Shown here: positions 49,464-63,891 of the stretch, piece after piece | Layout of the letters: each line of letters starts with the position of its first letter | Position numbering within the stretch: position 1 is the stretch's first letter | Assembly: GCA_951406725.2 (NCBI GenBank) | Contig: OX597822.1 | Location: 69,006,001 to 69,070,000 of the forward strand | Length of the DNA: 64,000 nucleotides | Direction of reading: 5' to 3' | Source of the DNA: Octopus vulgaris | Lineage: Eukaryota | Translations under genes and position numbers: made by a program | The notes under the pieces: model-generated | What the model saw: the letters and a program-made list of their open reading frames with translations, nothing else | Told to the model about the DNA's origin: nothing | Databases searched by the model: none

Positions 49464-49604
49464 ACGCAGACTTCATCATCTTGGTTTGAAGAAGGTCGTG
49501 CTGCACTAAAGGATAAAGTTTCAAACATAGAGCGCTGGGAGATTTACACAAAATCATTCCTACCAAATTATCAGTCCCTCTCTCTGCAAGTCTATGGGAC
49601 CAAG
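49464..49604 (+). CDS. NERD1-like: Coding exon 7 (TQTSSSWFEEG...SFLPNYQSLSLQVYGTK)
   Basis: tttacag acceptor; AAG|gtgata donor; 141 nt, phase 0-0. Not in the ORF track. Confidence 0.83.
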
Positions 49605-50748
49605 GTGATATATATTGTTTACATTTTTCACTGTTCTGTACATATTTTATCTTTTACTTGTTTCAGTCATTGGACTGCAGCCATGCTGGGGCACTGCTTA
49701 GAAGGATTTAGTTGAACAAATTGATACCAGCACTTAATTTTAAGGCTTGTACTTATTCTATTGGTCTCTTTTGCTGAACTGCTAAGTTATGGGGATGTAA
49801 AATGTAAACAAGCTAGCACTGGTGGTGGTGGGGTGAACAAACATGCATATATATATATATATATATATTAAAAAAAAAAAGGACAAAGAGTAAGGACCCT
49901 TTTCGGTCATGAATGACTATGGGATTGCACCTTGACAGTTACCCTCTGAGATACAAGTCCAGGCAAGATTGTTTATGAAGACCATCAGCCACCCATGCAT
50001 ACCAGCCTCCCCTCTTCACACTACTGATGTTATCCAAGGGAAAAGCAAAGGCTGATACAGTTTGGCACCAGTGATGTCGCAACTCATTTCTACAACTGAG
50101 TGAACTGGGGCAATGTGAAATAAAGTGTCTTGCCCAAGAACGCAATACACAGCCCAGTCTGGGAATCGAATTCACTGCCTCATGATTGTGAGCCCTACAT
50201 GCTAATCAGTGAGCCATGCACTTTCGCACCATAGTATGCAACATATAATAGAGATGGTAGGAATCATGTGATGTCTGTATCTAAAGCTTTTTGAGCAAGG
50301 AAAGGCTTTGCACAGGGCTAATTTCACTCTCTAAACAATGTATTTGTCCAAAAAGAAGGACTTGTCTATATCTTTGAATACAAATGAAGTTGCAAGTGTT
50401 ACATCAGAATATTCCTTCTCTTAGAGAGATGTCTAAACAAAGACAAGAAGCCTTTCATGGTAAGATGTTGGAAAGCTGTTGGCTTTACTGAGTTCATCCA
50501 GATTTTGACAGGTTTTGTTGTTCATCCTGTAGTATGTCCAACAAAAACTACCCTTCTTACAAGCAAGCAAGCTTAATAGGGTTGCTGGTTCAGTTACTAA
50601 CAACCCAACCTTGTGACAGGTTTTACTTGGTTGCATTTTGCTAGTGGCTCTCAAAGTAACCTGACATAAATGTAACAAGTTGTACTGGATTACATGTTAC
50701 TCATAGCACTGAGGATAACCTGACCTGACATTGTAATTAAGCAACAAA

Positions 50749-51147
50749 TTACCTCCACCAAGGAAGGAGGTTATGTTTTCATCAGCGTTGGTTTGTCCGT
50801 CTGTGTGCAAAATAACTCAAAACGTTGTGAATGGTATTTGATGGAACTCGCAGGAAAAAGTTGGTAATGACACAACGAACAGATAATGAAATTTTGGTAG
50901 TGATCCAGGAATTTTTATGGATTCTTGAAGGATTTTTCATTTGTTGTATTTACTTTACATGAAGTATTACAATGTTACGTTCTTTGATTATCTCCCTTGA
51001 AAACACGTTTATTGTTTCCATGTAACCTATGGTGGCGTTGCTGTTTCCAAAGTTTATTTTCGTTTCCCTATTTTTAATTTTACTTGCGTATCTATCTTAA
51101 AATGAGCTTGGCAGAGGTCTGTGCGCTCTCTGAATGCTTTTCTAGTT
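50749..51147 (+). mobile_element. Non-autonomous Helentron/DINE-1-like element
   Basis: Sub-terminal inverted repeats acctccaccaag / cttggcagaggt, internal gtccgtctgt microsatellite, and a 3' end ...gctctctgaatgcttttctagtt. This is the architecture of HINE/DINE-1 elements. Confidence 0.7.
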
Positions 51148-51214
51148 CTAAAATGTAATGCCTTCTTTTGAATTGTCCTTCACTTTTATTTAATTTTTGT
51201 TTTTCTTTCTGCAG

Positions 51215-51378
51215 GATGCCCTAGTATTTGCTGGATGGAAACGGCTCACATTGCTTGATCTCAAGGAAGGTACCATCCTTGCATCTCATTCCACACCTTG
51301 CCATCCAACCGCTCCACTTGTTATTGGAGACTTCAACAACGATGGATGGAAGGATATAATTCTCACATGCAAAATGGG
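51215..51378 (+). CDS. NERD1-like: Coding exon 8 (second clear FG-GAP motif GDFNNDGWKDII)
   Basis: Strong polypyrimidine tract + gcag acceptor; GG|gtgagt donor, phase 2. Confidence 0.92.
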
Positions 51379-51645
51379 GTGAGTAATTTTAGTGTCAATG
51401 TTTGGTGCATGCTGTTTTCATTAGTGTTATTGGTGTATAGCTGAGTCTTAACTGAAATGCCTTTTATTATTTATCTCTCTTTGGTGCAGGTGTAGCTGTG
51501 TGGTAAGAAACTTGCTTCCCAACCACATGGTTCTGGTTTCAGTCCCACTGTGTGGTACCTTGGGCAAATGTCTCCTACTATAGCATCAGGCTGACCAAAG
51601 ACTTGTGAGTGGATTTCGTTGACGAAAACTGAAAGATGCCTGTTA

Positions 51646-51689
<44 letters not shown>

Positions 51690-52929
51690 ATGTATGTATC
51701 TATGTGTGTGTGTCTTTGTGCCTGTGTTTGTCTCTCCATCACCACTTGACAACCAGTGCTGGTTTGTTTATGTCCCCGTAACTTAGCAGTTTGGCAAAAG
51801 TGACCGATAGAATAAGTACTAGGCTTAAAAAAAAAAGAAAGTCTTGGGGTTGATTTGTTCGAGTAAAACCCTTCATGGCAGTGCTCCAGCATGGCCACAG
51901 TCAAACAACTTAAACGTGTCAAAGAATGAAAGAATGTTCTAATGTCAAATTAAGCCACGGCTCATTTTGACAGATTATTCCAGGGATTTATAAAATGTGC
52001 ACCCATCTGGTTTGCCAGTCCTCAGTCAAATCATCCAACTCATGCTAGCATAGAAAGCAGACGTTAAACGATGATGATGATGATGACCAAGTATTTCATT
52101 TTATTAAACCTTCCCTTCTGGCTGTTTTTAGAAATCATAGTTGTGTTGTTGTTGTTTTCATTAAGATGGTGAACTGGCCAAATTGTTAGCATGCTGGACA
52201 AAATGCTTAGCAGCAATTTTTCTGTTTTTATGTTCTGAGTTCAAATGCTGCCAAGGTGAAACTTTGCTTTTCATCTTTTTGCAAGTACTTGGTGATCCTG
52301 TCTGTGCAGGTGCTACTTAAAAGCACCCAGTCCACACTGTAAAGTGGTTGGTGTTCGGAAGGGCATCGAGCTGTAAGAGCCTTGCCAGAACTGACCTCAC
52401 CTGTGCTTGTGCCACGTTAAAAGCACCAAGTCCTCTCTGCTGAGTGGTTGGTTTTAGGAAGGGCATCAAGCTGTAAGAATCTTGCCAGAACTGACCTCGC
52501 CTGTGCTTGTGCCACGTTAAAAGCACCAAGTCCTCTCTGCTGAGTGGTTGGTGTTAGGAAGGGCATCCAGCTGTAAAAATCCTGCCCAAACTATCACAGA
52601 AGTCTGGTGCAGGCTTCTGCCTGGCCGGCTCTTGTGAAACTGTCACACCCATGCTAGCATGGAAGGCAGATGTTAAATGATGACATTGATGAGGAGGATG
52701 GTGTGTGTGTGTGTGTGTGTGTGAAAGAGAGAGAGAGATTGGTTTTCGCAGAGTTTCTGTTGATCAAATTCATTGGCATGGCATTGGTTGGCCTGGGGGC
52801 TATAGTAGAAGAGACACTTACTTATGGTGCTGTACAGTGGGACTGAACTTGAAACTATATGGTTGCCAAGTGGTCTTCTTAACCATGCAGCTTTGGGTTC
52901 ACCAATATTTATTGTCTTGTCTGCACTCA

Positions 52930-54660
52930 CACACGCTTTGCTGTTAATCCTTTTCTTTCTCTTACTCTTCTTTTTTCAGTTTTTGTCACTGCTGTATACG
53001 GTTTCATTATTTTCCTCTCTCTCTTCCCTCCCACACACTCACTGTTTCTCTCTACTGCCATCTCTATCTGTCTCTGCTCTCTTTCGCTCATTCTCTCCTT
53101 GTCTCTCTCTCTCTCTCTCTCTCTCCCCTTCACTCACTACTTTGATTTCCCCCATCTCTCCTTTCTTCTGTCAGTATTTTTTTTACTCCTCACCTCTCTC
53201 TCACTCTATCTATATCTCTATTTCTCTCCATCCTTACTTTATCTCATGCCCTCTATGTCACCCTCTTCCCTTCTCTCTCTGTCTTCCTGTTCTCTCTATT
53301 TCCTTTCCTTACTCCCCCTCTTTCTCTCTTCCTCTATATATCTTTCTCTCTTTCCTGTAATTACTACCCCTCCCTTGCTACTTATAGTCTCTCGACTATC
53401 TCTGCTTCCCACTGTATTATTCCTACACAAACGCTCTCTCCTCCACCTCCATAAATACTGCCACTCCACCATAATTGTCACCAACACTACCACCAATATA
53501 AACAACAACAACAACAGCAAAAGCTATAATGAACATTTCACCACCAACAACAACAAAATACCACCACTGCCAATATCACCACACCTACTACAACAACAAC
53601 ACCAATGACAAAAGTACCACCATACTGCCACAACCAATACCTCTTTTTTTACTACCCACAAGGGGCTACACACAGAGGGGACAAACAAGGACAGACAAAC
53701 GGATTAAGCCGATTACATCGACCCCAGTGCATAACTGGTACTTATTTAATCGACCCCGAAAGGATGAAAGGCAAAGTCGACCTCGGCGGAATTTGAACTC
53801 AGAATGTAGTGGCAGACGAAATACCACTTAGCATTTCACCCGGCGTGATAATGTTTCTGCCAGTTCGCCGCCTTATACTGCCACAACCAATACCATCACC
53901 ACCAACCACAAATCACAACCACCACCACCACCACCACAACTATCACAACACCAACAACAACAAACAGTTTAATGAAGGAGGTGCCACTATGTGGTGGTTT
54001 AACATGCTAAAAATAGCAACTAACTGCAAAATTCCCTCAAATAACACCCTACTGTTCTTAAAATGAAAATGGAGACATTGGTCAATGACTTTCTAAGTGT
54101 ATGAAAAGATGAGATTGTCATGGTTGGAATGCTTTTTGATTAGAGTGTGTATCTGATGCTAAACAACCAGCAAGCAGTGACAGTAGCAAAAATACAACCA
54201 CTGATTATAGCATGACCACCACCATTGACAAGACCATTACCTGTACCTCCACCAGCACCACTACCACCACCATTATCACTTAAACCTCCAACAACAACAA
54301 GAACAACAACAGTGCCACATATACCTCCACCAATAACAAAAACATCATCACCGTGGTTACCATTGTCAACAACAGCAACAATATTGTCATGTCCATGGAT
54401 ACTTTCATCAACATCATCCGTCCCCCCCCACTCTCCACTAACATCACCGGCACCCATATATCTTTGCCAACAACAAAAAATATTGTTGGTATTGCTGCCA
54501 CCACCACCAACAACAACACTCCCATCATCACCTGTACCACTACCACCATCATCATCAGCAGCAACAATTCATATTGCTGCTGCTACTACCACCTCCACCA
54601 CCACAGTGATCACTAACAATACATACCACTATTTCTACTACTACTACTACTACTACAGTC
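52930..54660. repeat. Low-complexity CT-rich tract followed by (AAC/ACC)n-rich tract
   Basis: Direct inspection; source of the spurious Leu/Ser- and Thr/Pro-rich ORFs. Confidence 0.85.
53642..53874 (-). mobile_element. SINE family B, full length, with 20-bp TSD (other copies ~1862-2083 -, 3781-4005 +, 6665-6806 +, 8585-8811 +, 24022-24195 +, 30926-31345 +, 57703-57894 -)
   Basis: TSD atactgccacaaccaatacc at 53622-53641 and 53875-53894. Confidence 0.9.
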
Positions 54661-57600
54661 AGTATTGTAAATTTTTTTTGTTGTTTTGAGTTTTAATGTT
54701 TTGTTTTGCAATTTTATTGTCAAAAAAATTTTTGTTTTTATTGTTGTTGTTTTCTTTTAGTGTCTATCTCGTCCCACCAGTACAGGAGAACTTAATGTTT
54801 GGGTTTTATCATCACCTAATTAGCTCTGCTGTGCCCCTCACCTCACCCACCCTCCTGGCGCCCTACCTTCCACCCTCTGCCACCACTGCCACCACCACCA
54901 CCACCACCGCCGTAGCATCTGTCTTCCGCTGCCTCGGTGTACAGGATGTTATGTTAGCATAAAACCTATGTTCCATTTTATGGTATCCATGTCTGTTATC
55001 CATTTCACTCTAACTTCCCACTACAACTAACTCATGTTGTGCTTGCTCTATTAATAAACTGCTGTTAACATAGAACCAGCAATGGTCCACATACTTCTCT
55101 GCTCTATAGCAAACTGCAGTTATCACCTCTATAGAACTGTTGGTTCTCCCCTGTTTCATGTTGTGCTGACATAGACCTGTTGTCCATCTGTCTTTGTTGG
55201 TGGTTAACAGCTCTGTCTGTTGCACCAGAAGGGGCAAGCTATCTCTCTCTCTCCCTCTCTCATCTTGTCTTATTAGGGTATGTTCCGAGATGTTTTGGCA
55301 CAGCTGTTGTGGTGATGCCTATTTGGCATCACTGATTTGATGCTGACTTATTTGACATCAGATGTTTTAATGCTTCTCTCATTCTTTCCTTGCTCTCTGT
55401 GTGTGAGCATATTTCTTCTCTTTCTCTCTCTCTGTGTACGTGGAGAGGAAAAGTGTTTATGTCAGTCTTGTTCAATGATTTGTAATGTCTCTCTTTTCCC
55501 CTTGCTCTCTCTCTCTGTATATGTATATTCCTCTGTGTGTGTGTTTTGGGTCCATCATCAAAGAGTTCCGTTGCAAAAACTGGCTGAATGTCCAGTCAGT
55601 CATGTCAAATCATCTCTCATTCTGGCTTAATCAACCTCACTTCAAATACCTTAAAAGTGATGTGAGCGGGTGCAAACGGATTCTCAGTGATGCCCAGAAT
55701 AGGTTTTATAGATCTGGATCTAATGGACACACACACACACACTGTTATCTGACTCTTGAGAATTCTAATGAAAGTAAATATTATTGACATTGACAGCAAC
55801 AAAGCTTTTGTCTAGAATAGGAAGCTCTTATCTTAGCTAACTGCCTATCGGCTCCACCCTGCTCTAATCTCCCAGCTCTGAAGCTTCCTGTAACACTGCT
55901 CCATTGCTGACATAACATATTATCAACTCTGATCTGTCTTAAGGTTTGGTTCTGTCTCCCACACTGTTCATCATCATTCTGTGTCTGCTTTTCACGCCGG
56001 CATGGGTTAGATGGGTTGTCACAGTTGAAGTTGGTTCTTATATGCAATTACTTGTAGAAAAGTCAGAAGTCCACGACTCACTTGTACATTTTTTGTTATT
56101 CTTTCTATGGCTGGATGCCTTCTCTAACACAAACCACCTCACAGAGTGTACTGGATACATTTTATCATGGCACCAGCTCAAAGGGTAGTTACATCCACAG
56201 CAAGTCTAAAAGGTCCTTTTGATCCCATATTTTACAGGTTGTGCTGTTTGCAGTTTACCATTGCACCACTATTCTCCCTATTTACAATTTGACCTTGCTA
56301 TCACTTTTGTCACACTATTGCAGATGAAGTTAACCTTTCACACATGGGGTTTCATCCACATGTATCCTAGGCTTCTGATATTATTAGATTTGTACTGCTT
56401 CAATGGATAGAGTTCATGAATATCTCCTTCAGTAAGAATGTAACAAGCTAATCTCTCCTATCACATCATCATCATCTAACAATTCACTTTCCATACAGGT
56501 ATGAGATGGATAGTTCGACAGGAGCTGGCAAGCCAGAAGGCTGCACCAGGCTCTGGTTGTCTGTTTTGGCAAGGTTTCTATGGCTGGATTCCCCTTCTTA
56601 TGTCAACTGCTTTACAGAGTGTATTGGGTGCTTTTTTTTATGTGGTGCCAGCACTCTATAAAGTGGTTGGCATTAGGAAGGGCATTTAAGTGCTTTTTAC
56701 ATGGCATATAAAGCACTTGTGCTGGTACCAGATAACATGAACAAACAAATATAGGTGCAGAGGTGGCTTTGTCGTAAGTAGCTTCCGGGTTCAGTCCCAC
56801 TGCGTAGCACCTTGGGCAAGTGTCTTCTACTATAGCCTCAGGCCGACCAAAGCCTTGTGAGTGGATTTGGTAGATGGAAACTGAAAGAAGCCCGTCATAT
56901 ATATGTATGTATGTGTGTGTGTGTCCCCAACATTGCTTGACAACCGATGCTGGTGTGTTTACGTCCCCTGTAACTTAGCGGTTTGGCAAAAGAGACCGAT
57001 AGAATGAGTACTAGGCTTACAAAGAATAAGTCCTGTTGTCGATTTGCTCGACTAAAGGCGGTGCTCCAGCATGGCCACAGTCAAATGACAAACAAGTAAA
57101 AGCGTAAATATAATAAATTCCTCAGTCACCACAAACTGTAGTTCATCGTAATTACTAATGATTTCTCATTGTGACCTCACACATGTAACATGGACAAATC
57201 TACATCCCAGTAATTAGATTTCCTCTTTGGTATTAGAAAATGATTTATGTCTGATTATTTATTGACCACACACAATTATGTGTGACCCATATTAGTCATC
57301 ATTATAATTTAATCTTACCATTCTTGCATGGATCATACAGAGTTTGAAGCAGATTTCTATCTCTGGATACCTTACCTGTTGCCAACACTTACCTGTTTCT
57401 AAGTAAGGTAATATTTCCCCATGAGTAAGAATGTTTTTGTAGAAGAATATTGGAAATGAACAACACTTCTTGTATGACACTGACATTCATTTACAGCTGT
57501 TACACAATGTGAAGACAAGAAGATACAAAAGCATATTTGGGCTTCTTTCAGTTTCCGCCTACCAAATCCACTCACAAGGCTATTGTTGAAGGTGCTACAT

Positions 57601-58422
57601 AGTGGGACTGAACCCAGAACCATGTGGTTGGGAAGCAAACTTCTTATCATACAACCCAACCATGCCTGCACCTAGAGTATTTCTCATGTAGCCAGGACAG
57701 TACTTATTTCTTTATTGCTCACAAGGGGCTAAACATAGAGGGGACAAGCATAACTGTTACTTAATTTATCGACCCCGAAAGGATGAAAGACAAAGTCGAC
57801 CTCGGTGGAATTTGAACTCAGAACATAGCAGCAGACGAAATACTGCTAAGCATTTCACCCGGCGTGCTAACGATTCTGCCAGCTCGCCGCCTTAAATAGT
57901 ACAATACTGTTTAAGTACTTCTACCACAAACACACAGAAAGTGAGAGAAGCATTCTTGACTGTAGGTAAAAGAAAGCCATTTGCTTAAAAGACTCACTAG
58001 AAAAACAGTTTTCAATTTCTCGGAATATGAAGGGTATAATACAAGTGAGACGTTTACTCCCTGTAAAGTGATGGATGGTAGGAAGAGTATCCATCCTTAG
58101 AAACCATGCCGCAACAGGCAATGCAGCCTTGTGTGATCCTCAGTCATACCAATTCCTGTTAAACTGTCCAACCCAGCCTGAAAAGGGAACATTAAATGGT
58201 GATGATGAAGTGTCATCCATTTCAAACAAATGAATAATGACTTATCTGTTGCAGATGTTTTAGTAAGTAAATCCAGTTAGCTTTGATTGAATAGATCTGT
58301 GAGATGGCAGTTGTTAAATGTTTTATTTTCAAGCATAATTTTTCAAGAATTGTATGTTTTCAAAATTCCTTGATTTTCTTTTCTTTTGTTATATTCAATG
58401 ATTGATGTTCTTTGTTATTCAG

Positions 58423-58558
58423 GTACATTGGTTTCTCCATTGAGAAAAAGGCCAGCCATTTGTACACCCTGATGTATGCAACAACTGTTTTTCTCTCAAT
58501 CATAGTGGTTACCTGGTTATTACATGCTGAAGATCAGGTTCCTGAAGACATTGACTGA
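58423..58558 (+). CDS. NERD1-like: Coding exon 9 (YIGF...C-terminal TM helix, acidic tail EDQVPEDID, TGA)
   Basis: ttcag acceptor at 58422; first base completes GGG; stop TGA at 58556-58558. Confidence 0.88.
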
Positions 58559-61500
58559 AAGGTGTGCCAGACAGAGTATACATCACAGTTGAGTCTTTTT
58601 TAGCTCCATTGATTGATCAATAGTACCAGAGAGATTTGAAATGGTATTCTTCTGAAGCTTAAGTTTCTCCAAAGCTGTAGTTATGAAAACATCAACAACA
58701 TCTGTGAAATCAGACAATATAAGTAGTACAAGTTCATACTTGGAAGAAGTCGAACTTAACTCCAGCAAATGAACCCAACACAGAATTATTTCATCTAAAT
58801 TAATATAACATATTTCTCACACAGTCCATCATAGGTGATACAAGACCAAGCTCTTTATTGTAAAGGTGTAATCTGTACAGCAAAAACAGTACATATTTCG
58901 CAGTGATAAGAGTCTGCTGCAGTTTATTCTTTTGGAAATGTTATGTAATATCAGTTAAGTTTTTTTTTTTTCTAGCAGTTGCAGGAAATTGGTGCTGAAA
59001 ATATAAAACGAAAATAACTTAACCATTTTGTGACAATATTTCTAATGAAACATTCAAAATGTATTTCAGTTATAAAATTTATTTGTAATTTGGAGGGGTT
59101 GCACTAAAATAACTTACCTTTTATTACGTTGGTGTTTGGAACATAGCAAAAAAGGGTTCTTAAATGATTTTATGAGGGAAGGTTTTAATTTAAATGTGGA
59201 CATTTTAAAATGGACAGTTTTGTATTATAGAATCTGGGATTGTCTTAAGGGGGTCAGCACCAAAAGGATAAAATAGTTAAGGAACTCAGCGCATAGATAT
59301 ATATTAAAAAGGGTAAGAATAGCATATGGAACAATTTAACAAAGTTGGTATGAATATACTTTTGGGATAATCTAGGTCTTCATTTCAGTTAGTCTAATGC
59401 TTGATATTGTTTGTATTTTTGTTTGTTTGTTTGTCATTTGACAGTGGTCATGCTGGAGCTCTGCTTTCTTAACTCTTTATTTAAAACTATTCTACAACCT
59501 TTATTTCCACAGTAGCACGAATGGTGTTGGCTTTCTGCAACATTTCTATTTATATACCTGATAAAGTAAATAACATTCCAAGTTGACACCCTTCATTTCA
59601 CCTGTCGCTAGGAATAATGGATGAGTGCTAAGTTGGTTGCAGCAAGAATAATATTTATCTTGCTTAAGAGCACAGCATAATGGCTACAGCAACATTTGAA
59701 CTTATTTTTTGTATTGCAGGCTACAAATACACAACAGCTTATTGAATTTTTTAGTGTGATGGTTCATTGTGTGAAGAAATGGTATTTTCATTCCCTCACT
59801 GGCACTGTATATCAGAGTGCAATATGAACATTGTTGTATAAATAAGTATAATAGAGAGGCATGTGCTATTGTCTCGGAGTGCATTGTGAACTTTGCTTTA
59901 TAAATAAGTGTCATAGGGAAGTATAAGCTACTGCTGTATGCAGTATGGTAATTGACAAAGGCTTGTTAGCTTGCTGTGCAGAGTTCAGATCCATTCATAA
60001 GTTTTCAAAGAAGGCTGATATCACAGTTTATTTGTATTATTAAAATTGGTGCCTTCGTGACTAATCTCTGAATTCCAAGAAAAGTCAAACAGTTAACCTC
60101 TTGGGTATTTTTTTATAATTTCTTTTTACTGAGAGAGAAAATGCTGGTGAGTTTGAACTCTAGTCAAAAAGATATTTAAATTTGTTAATGACCAAAATTT
60201 GACAGTATGACCAATTGAATTGCTGGAGATATCTTTTGTAATTGTTACTTTATAATTGAGAAAATTGTTCCAACAATATATATAGGTATCTGAATACAAA
60301 AACATTACACTGTGTAACATGATTTTTGTCCTTGGGTAGCAACTGTTATTTCCTGTCTGCTTACCCCTAGAAGGTATGAAAAATGGCTAATGTTTCCTTT
60401 AAACTTTGCTTTTGTTACATTTATTCAAACCCCAAAGAATCCCTCCCAATGCATGGCTACAATGCTCCCCCACCACTGTTGCTCATGGTCAGAGATGCAT
60501 ATACTGTCAGCCACTAAGGGACATGCTCAAGTGGTTATGGTTAAGCAATCGACAAGCAAATGTGTGATACTGAGCAGAATATTTGCTTTAACAATATGTC
60601 TGAAACGTAATGGAAAATGTCAATTTTAAAACATTGATGTCCAGATCACAAAGTATGAAGGGAATAGTTATCATTTCTTTTGATTTCTAGATGGAAGCAA
60701 ATAGGAAATAACACTTACTGACCAAAGACAAAAAAAAATTGTTATACAGTGTTTATTCATATTTGATGAAAATTGATTACTACTCCTCATTGAGCAGTAG
60801 TTCACATTGAATATATATCTCTCTCTCTGAGTATTCTGAGTATCAATATTTTTCAGCAGTTAGTATAAACCAGCAACTTATAATAATACAAAAGTAAGAC
60901 CTTACATAAAAACCTGATATTTGTTACCAATGAAATGGACTAATTTCACTTTGCAACAGATTTTGAATTGTTTGAGCTTCACAAAAACTTTTTTGAATTT
61001 ATGGTTTAACCAAAAAAAGAAAAAAAAAAAAGAAAAAAAAATTTTTTTTTAATGGATTTTATTTAAAACTTTAATTTATCTGACAAACTGAACAACTTTT
61101 TACTGCTCTAGTTATATTTGTCCAGATAACATTGTAACTATTGCAGGCTTTAATTTGTTTTGTAAAGGAACATGTTTAAATATATATGGTAATAAGTGGT
61201 GATGTCTGGATATATGATGCAACCAAAATAACTTTTATCAATGTGTTAAGGAATCATGTTTGAAAGTGCAGGACCAAATGAAATGAGTATATATGTACAA
61301 CCAACTAGTTTTTATCAGCAAGCATATTGACACCAATTCTAACTGTATGGAATCTATTTCAAGTGTTCTACATTAGCTCCATTAACTTTCCTTATACTTC
61401 TGTTTCCAATTCAACTAGTTTAGTGTCCCCTGTTCCCTTCTCTCTCAGATCCTGTTCTTTTTAACCTTGTTACAGTTAATATATACAGATAGGCGTTGGA

Positions 61501-61654
61501 GTGGCTGTGTGGTAAGTAGCTTGCTTACCAACCACATGGTTCCGGGTTCGGCCCCACTGCATGGCACTTTGGGCAAATGTCTTCTACTATAGCCTCGGGC
61601 CGACCAAAGTCTTGTGAGTGGATTTGGTAGACGGAAACTAAAAGAAACCAGTCG

Positions 61655-61687
<33 letters not shown>

Positions 61688-62677
61688 CTGTGTTTGTCCC
61701 CCCCAACATTGCTTGACAACTGATGCTGGTGTGTTTACGTCCCCGTAACTTAGTTCGGCAAAAGAGACTGATAGAATAAGTACTAGGCTTCCAAAGAATA
61801 AGTCCTGGTGTCGATTTGCTCGACTAAAGGCGATGCTTCAACATGGCCACAGTCAAATGACTGAAACAAGTAAAAGAGCATATACAAATGTTCAAGGTTT
61901 AGATCTTCAGTTTGATCTGATTTGCTATAGCCACATGTAGTGCTCAATATATAAGCTACCCTGAAGACTTAGAATTCCTGCCTTCTGTTCTGAATGCCTT
62001 GTTTAATCTCACTTTACTAAACTGTATTTGTTGGGTAGCCCTGGTCATCACTTCTTGGGTAATTGTAAATATGGACCAATAATCAATTATACAAAGAATT
62101 TGAATGGTGATCCTAACTATTTGTCATGTGATCTTTATTGTGGAAACAATGTTCTAATATTTAAAATATGTAGATCTTATTTCAAAGATAAGGTGATAGT
62201 CGTGATAAATATCTCTGTAGTCATTTGATCTGTTCAATGCAACAGAGAACCTCTTTTTTTTTCACATGACAGAAGGAAGGCTAGCAATTACAGCTATTTT
62301 TAGGGCTCTTGAAACTGATAGGAAGAAATGAAGTCATCTTCAGACTGGAAGCTTAGTCCTAATGTTTATAACAGAATGAACTCTGTTAAAAGGCACCCAT
62401 GGGTCAAAAGATAATGTTAAACCAGACAATGATGCCAGTTCTCTGAGAATTAGAATTATGTCAATCCTGTAAGAACAGAAGACCCTCCAATAGATTTTCA
62501 TACAGTTTCCATGTATGAAACTTCAATTTTGAGTCATCAATGGATGTAGAAGACAATTGCCCAAAATATTGCACAGTAAAACTGAACCTGAAACCAGTTG
62601 CAAAGCAAACTTTTTAAACATACAACTCTGCTTGAAATCCTGTCTAAACCTGGTCGAACTCCTTGATCACTCGTGTG

Positions 62678-62731
<54 letters not shown>

Positions 62732-63719
62732 TCTGTGTTTGTTCCCCACCCATCATCGCTTGACAACCGATGTTCGTGTTTACGTCCCCGTAACTTAGCG
62801 GTTCGGCAAAAGAAACCGATAGAATAAGTACTAGGCTGACAAAGAATAAGTCCTGGGATCGATTTGTTCGACTAAAGGCGTTGCTCCAATATGGCCGCAG
62901 TCAAATGACAAAAAAAAAAAAGTCTTATTTGTCAATGTTTAAGCATAAGGGACTAGTTGATATGACCATCACTACCCACTTTTTTTTTTTTTTTTTTAAG
63001 AAATAAGGATTCCTAGTAAGAATCGAGTCTGATATTATGTGCTATGTACACATTAAAAGAAAAAGATATCTAAGTGCTGACATGGCTGTGTGTTTAAGAA
63101 GTTTGCTTTCCAACCACATGGTTGTGTGTTCAGTATCATTGTATGGCACCTTGGGCAAATGTCTATTTTAGTTTTGGGCCAACCACAAAGCCTTGTGGCT
63201 GAATTTGGTAGATGAAACTGAAAGAAGCGTGTCATGTACAAACACACTCACACACGTGTTTGTGTATTTTTTGTTGACATAATGTCATACTTGGAAACGA
63301 GCGCCACCGTCATACAAGTGTTTCCTTGGTTTCCAGTCTTACATGAAAAACGTTTGGTCATGGGGAAATACTACCTTGCTTTGAAACGGGTGAGGGTTGG
63401 CAACACGAACGACATGTAAGTAGGGAAAACTAGACGTTTAACGATGAGGATGATCTAATGACAGATCAGTCATCAAAACGTTTGTGTAATTGGAAAATAT
63501 TTCATTTCTAAAGATGAAGCTAATGAATGAAAAATAATCTTATTTACAATAACTCATTTCAGATATTAGACACGACTTCAAACTCCTTTTACATAATTCT
63601 TGCGTCTTATACAGCCATTGTACTTATTCAATAAACTTTCAGTGTTTCATACCTTTGCTTCATAGTTTGGTAGACTAAGAGGTATGTTGTCAGCAATCTG
63701 AATTGGTGACCAGCATTTA

Positions 63720-63891
63720 CCGTATTTTAACGTGTACAAGGACCCTCCCCCACTTTTTTTTGTCAAAAATTAGGTTTAAAGAATATGGGAGTTTCTTATA
63801 CAGGGATAGTATTATAATTCTTTACAAAACCTTTTTTCCAAATTTTAAGCTGTCTCAAATTAGGGGGTTCCTTATACACGTTCAAATACGG
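63720..63891. mobile_element. pogo/Tigger-type MITE
   Basis: TA|ccgtattttaacgtgtacaagg ... ccttatacacgttcaaatacgg|TA. Confidence 0.8.

Larger units (their letters stand above)
593..58558 (+). other. NERD1-like: Complete 9-coding-exon gene for an FG-GAP repeat / beta-propeller membrane protein (670 aa), NERD1/At3g51050-like
   Basis: Exons 593-1045, 2567-2805, 30381-30516, 38346-38441, 45143-45651, 47288-47426, 49464-49604, 51215-51378 and 58423-58558 join with GT-AG introns and matching phases (0,2,0,0,2,0,0,2) to give 2013 nt with no internal stop. Motifs LPSPIVTDLDSDGTNEI, VAMTTG, KQVIVVVTDHWQVLCFDENLQLLW, DTGMIIVGG, LPHSW, EPNAVI and PLVIGDFNNDGWKDII match my recollection of plant NERD1. 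There are hydrophobic segments at both termini. Confidence 0.88.

Noticed and set aside
52824-54689. Long Leu/Ser- and Pro/Thr-rich ORFs
   Set aside because: Translations of CT-rich and ACC/AAC low-complexity DNA.
58559-61050. 3'UTR end / polyadenylation site
   Set aside because: No unambiguous signal could be assigned; the A-tract at ~61012-61041 is genomic.
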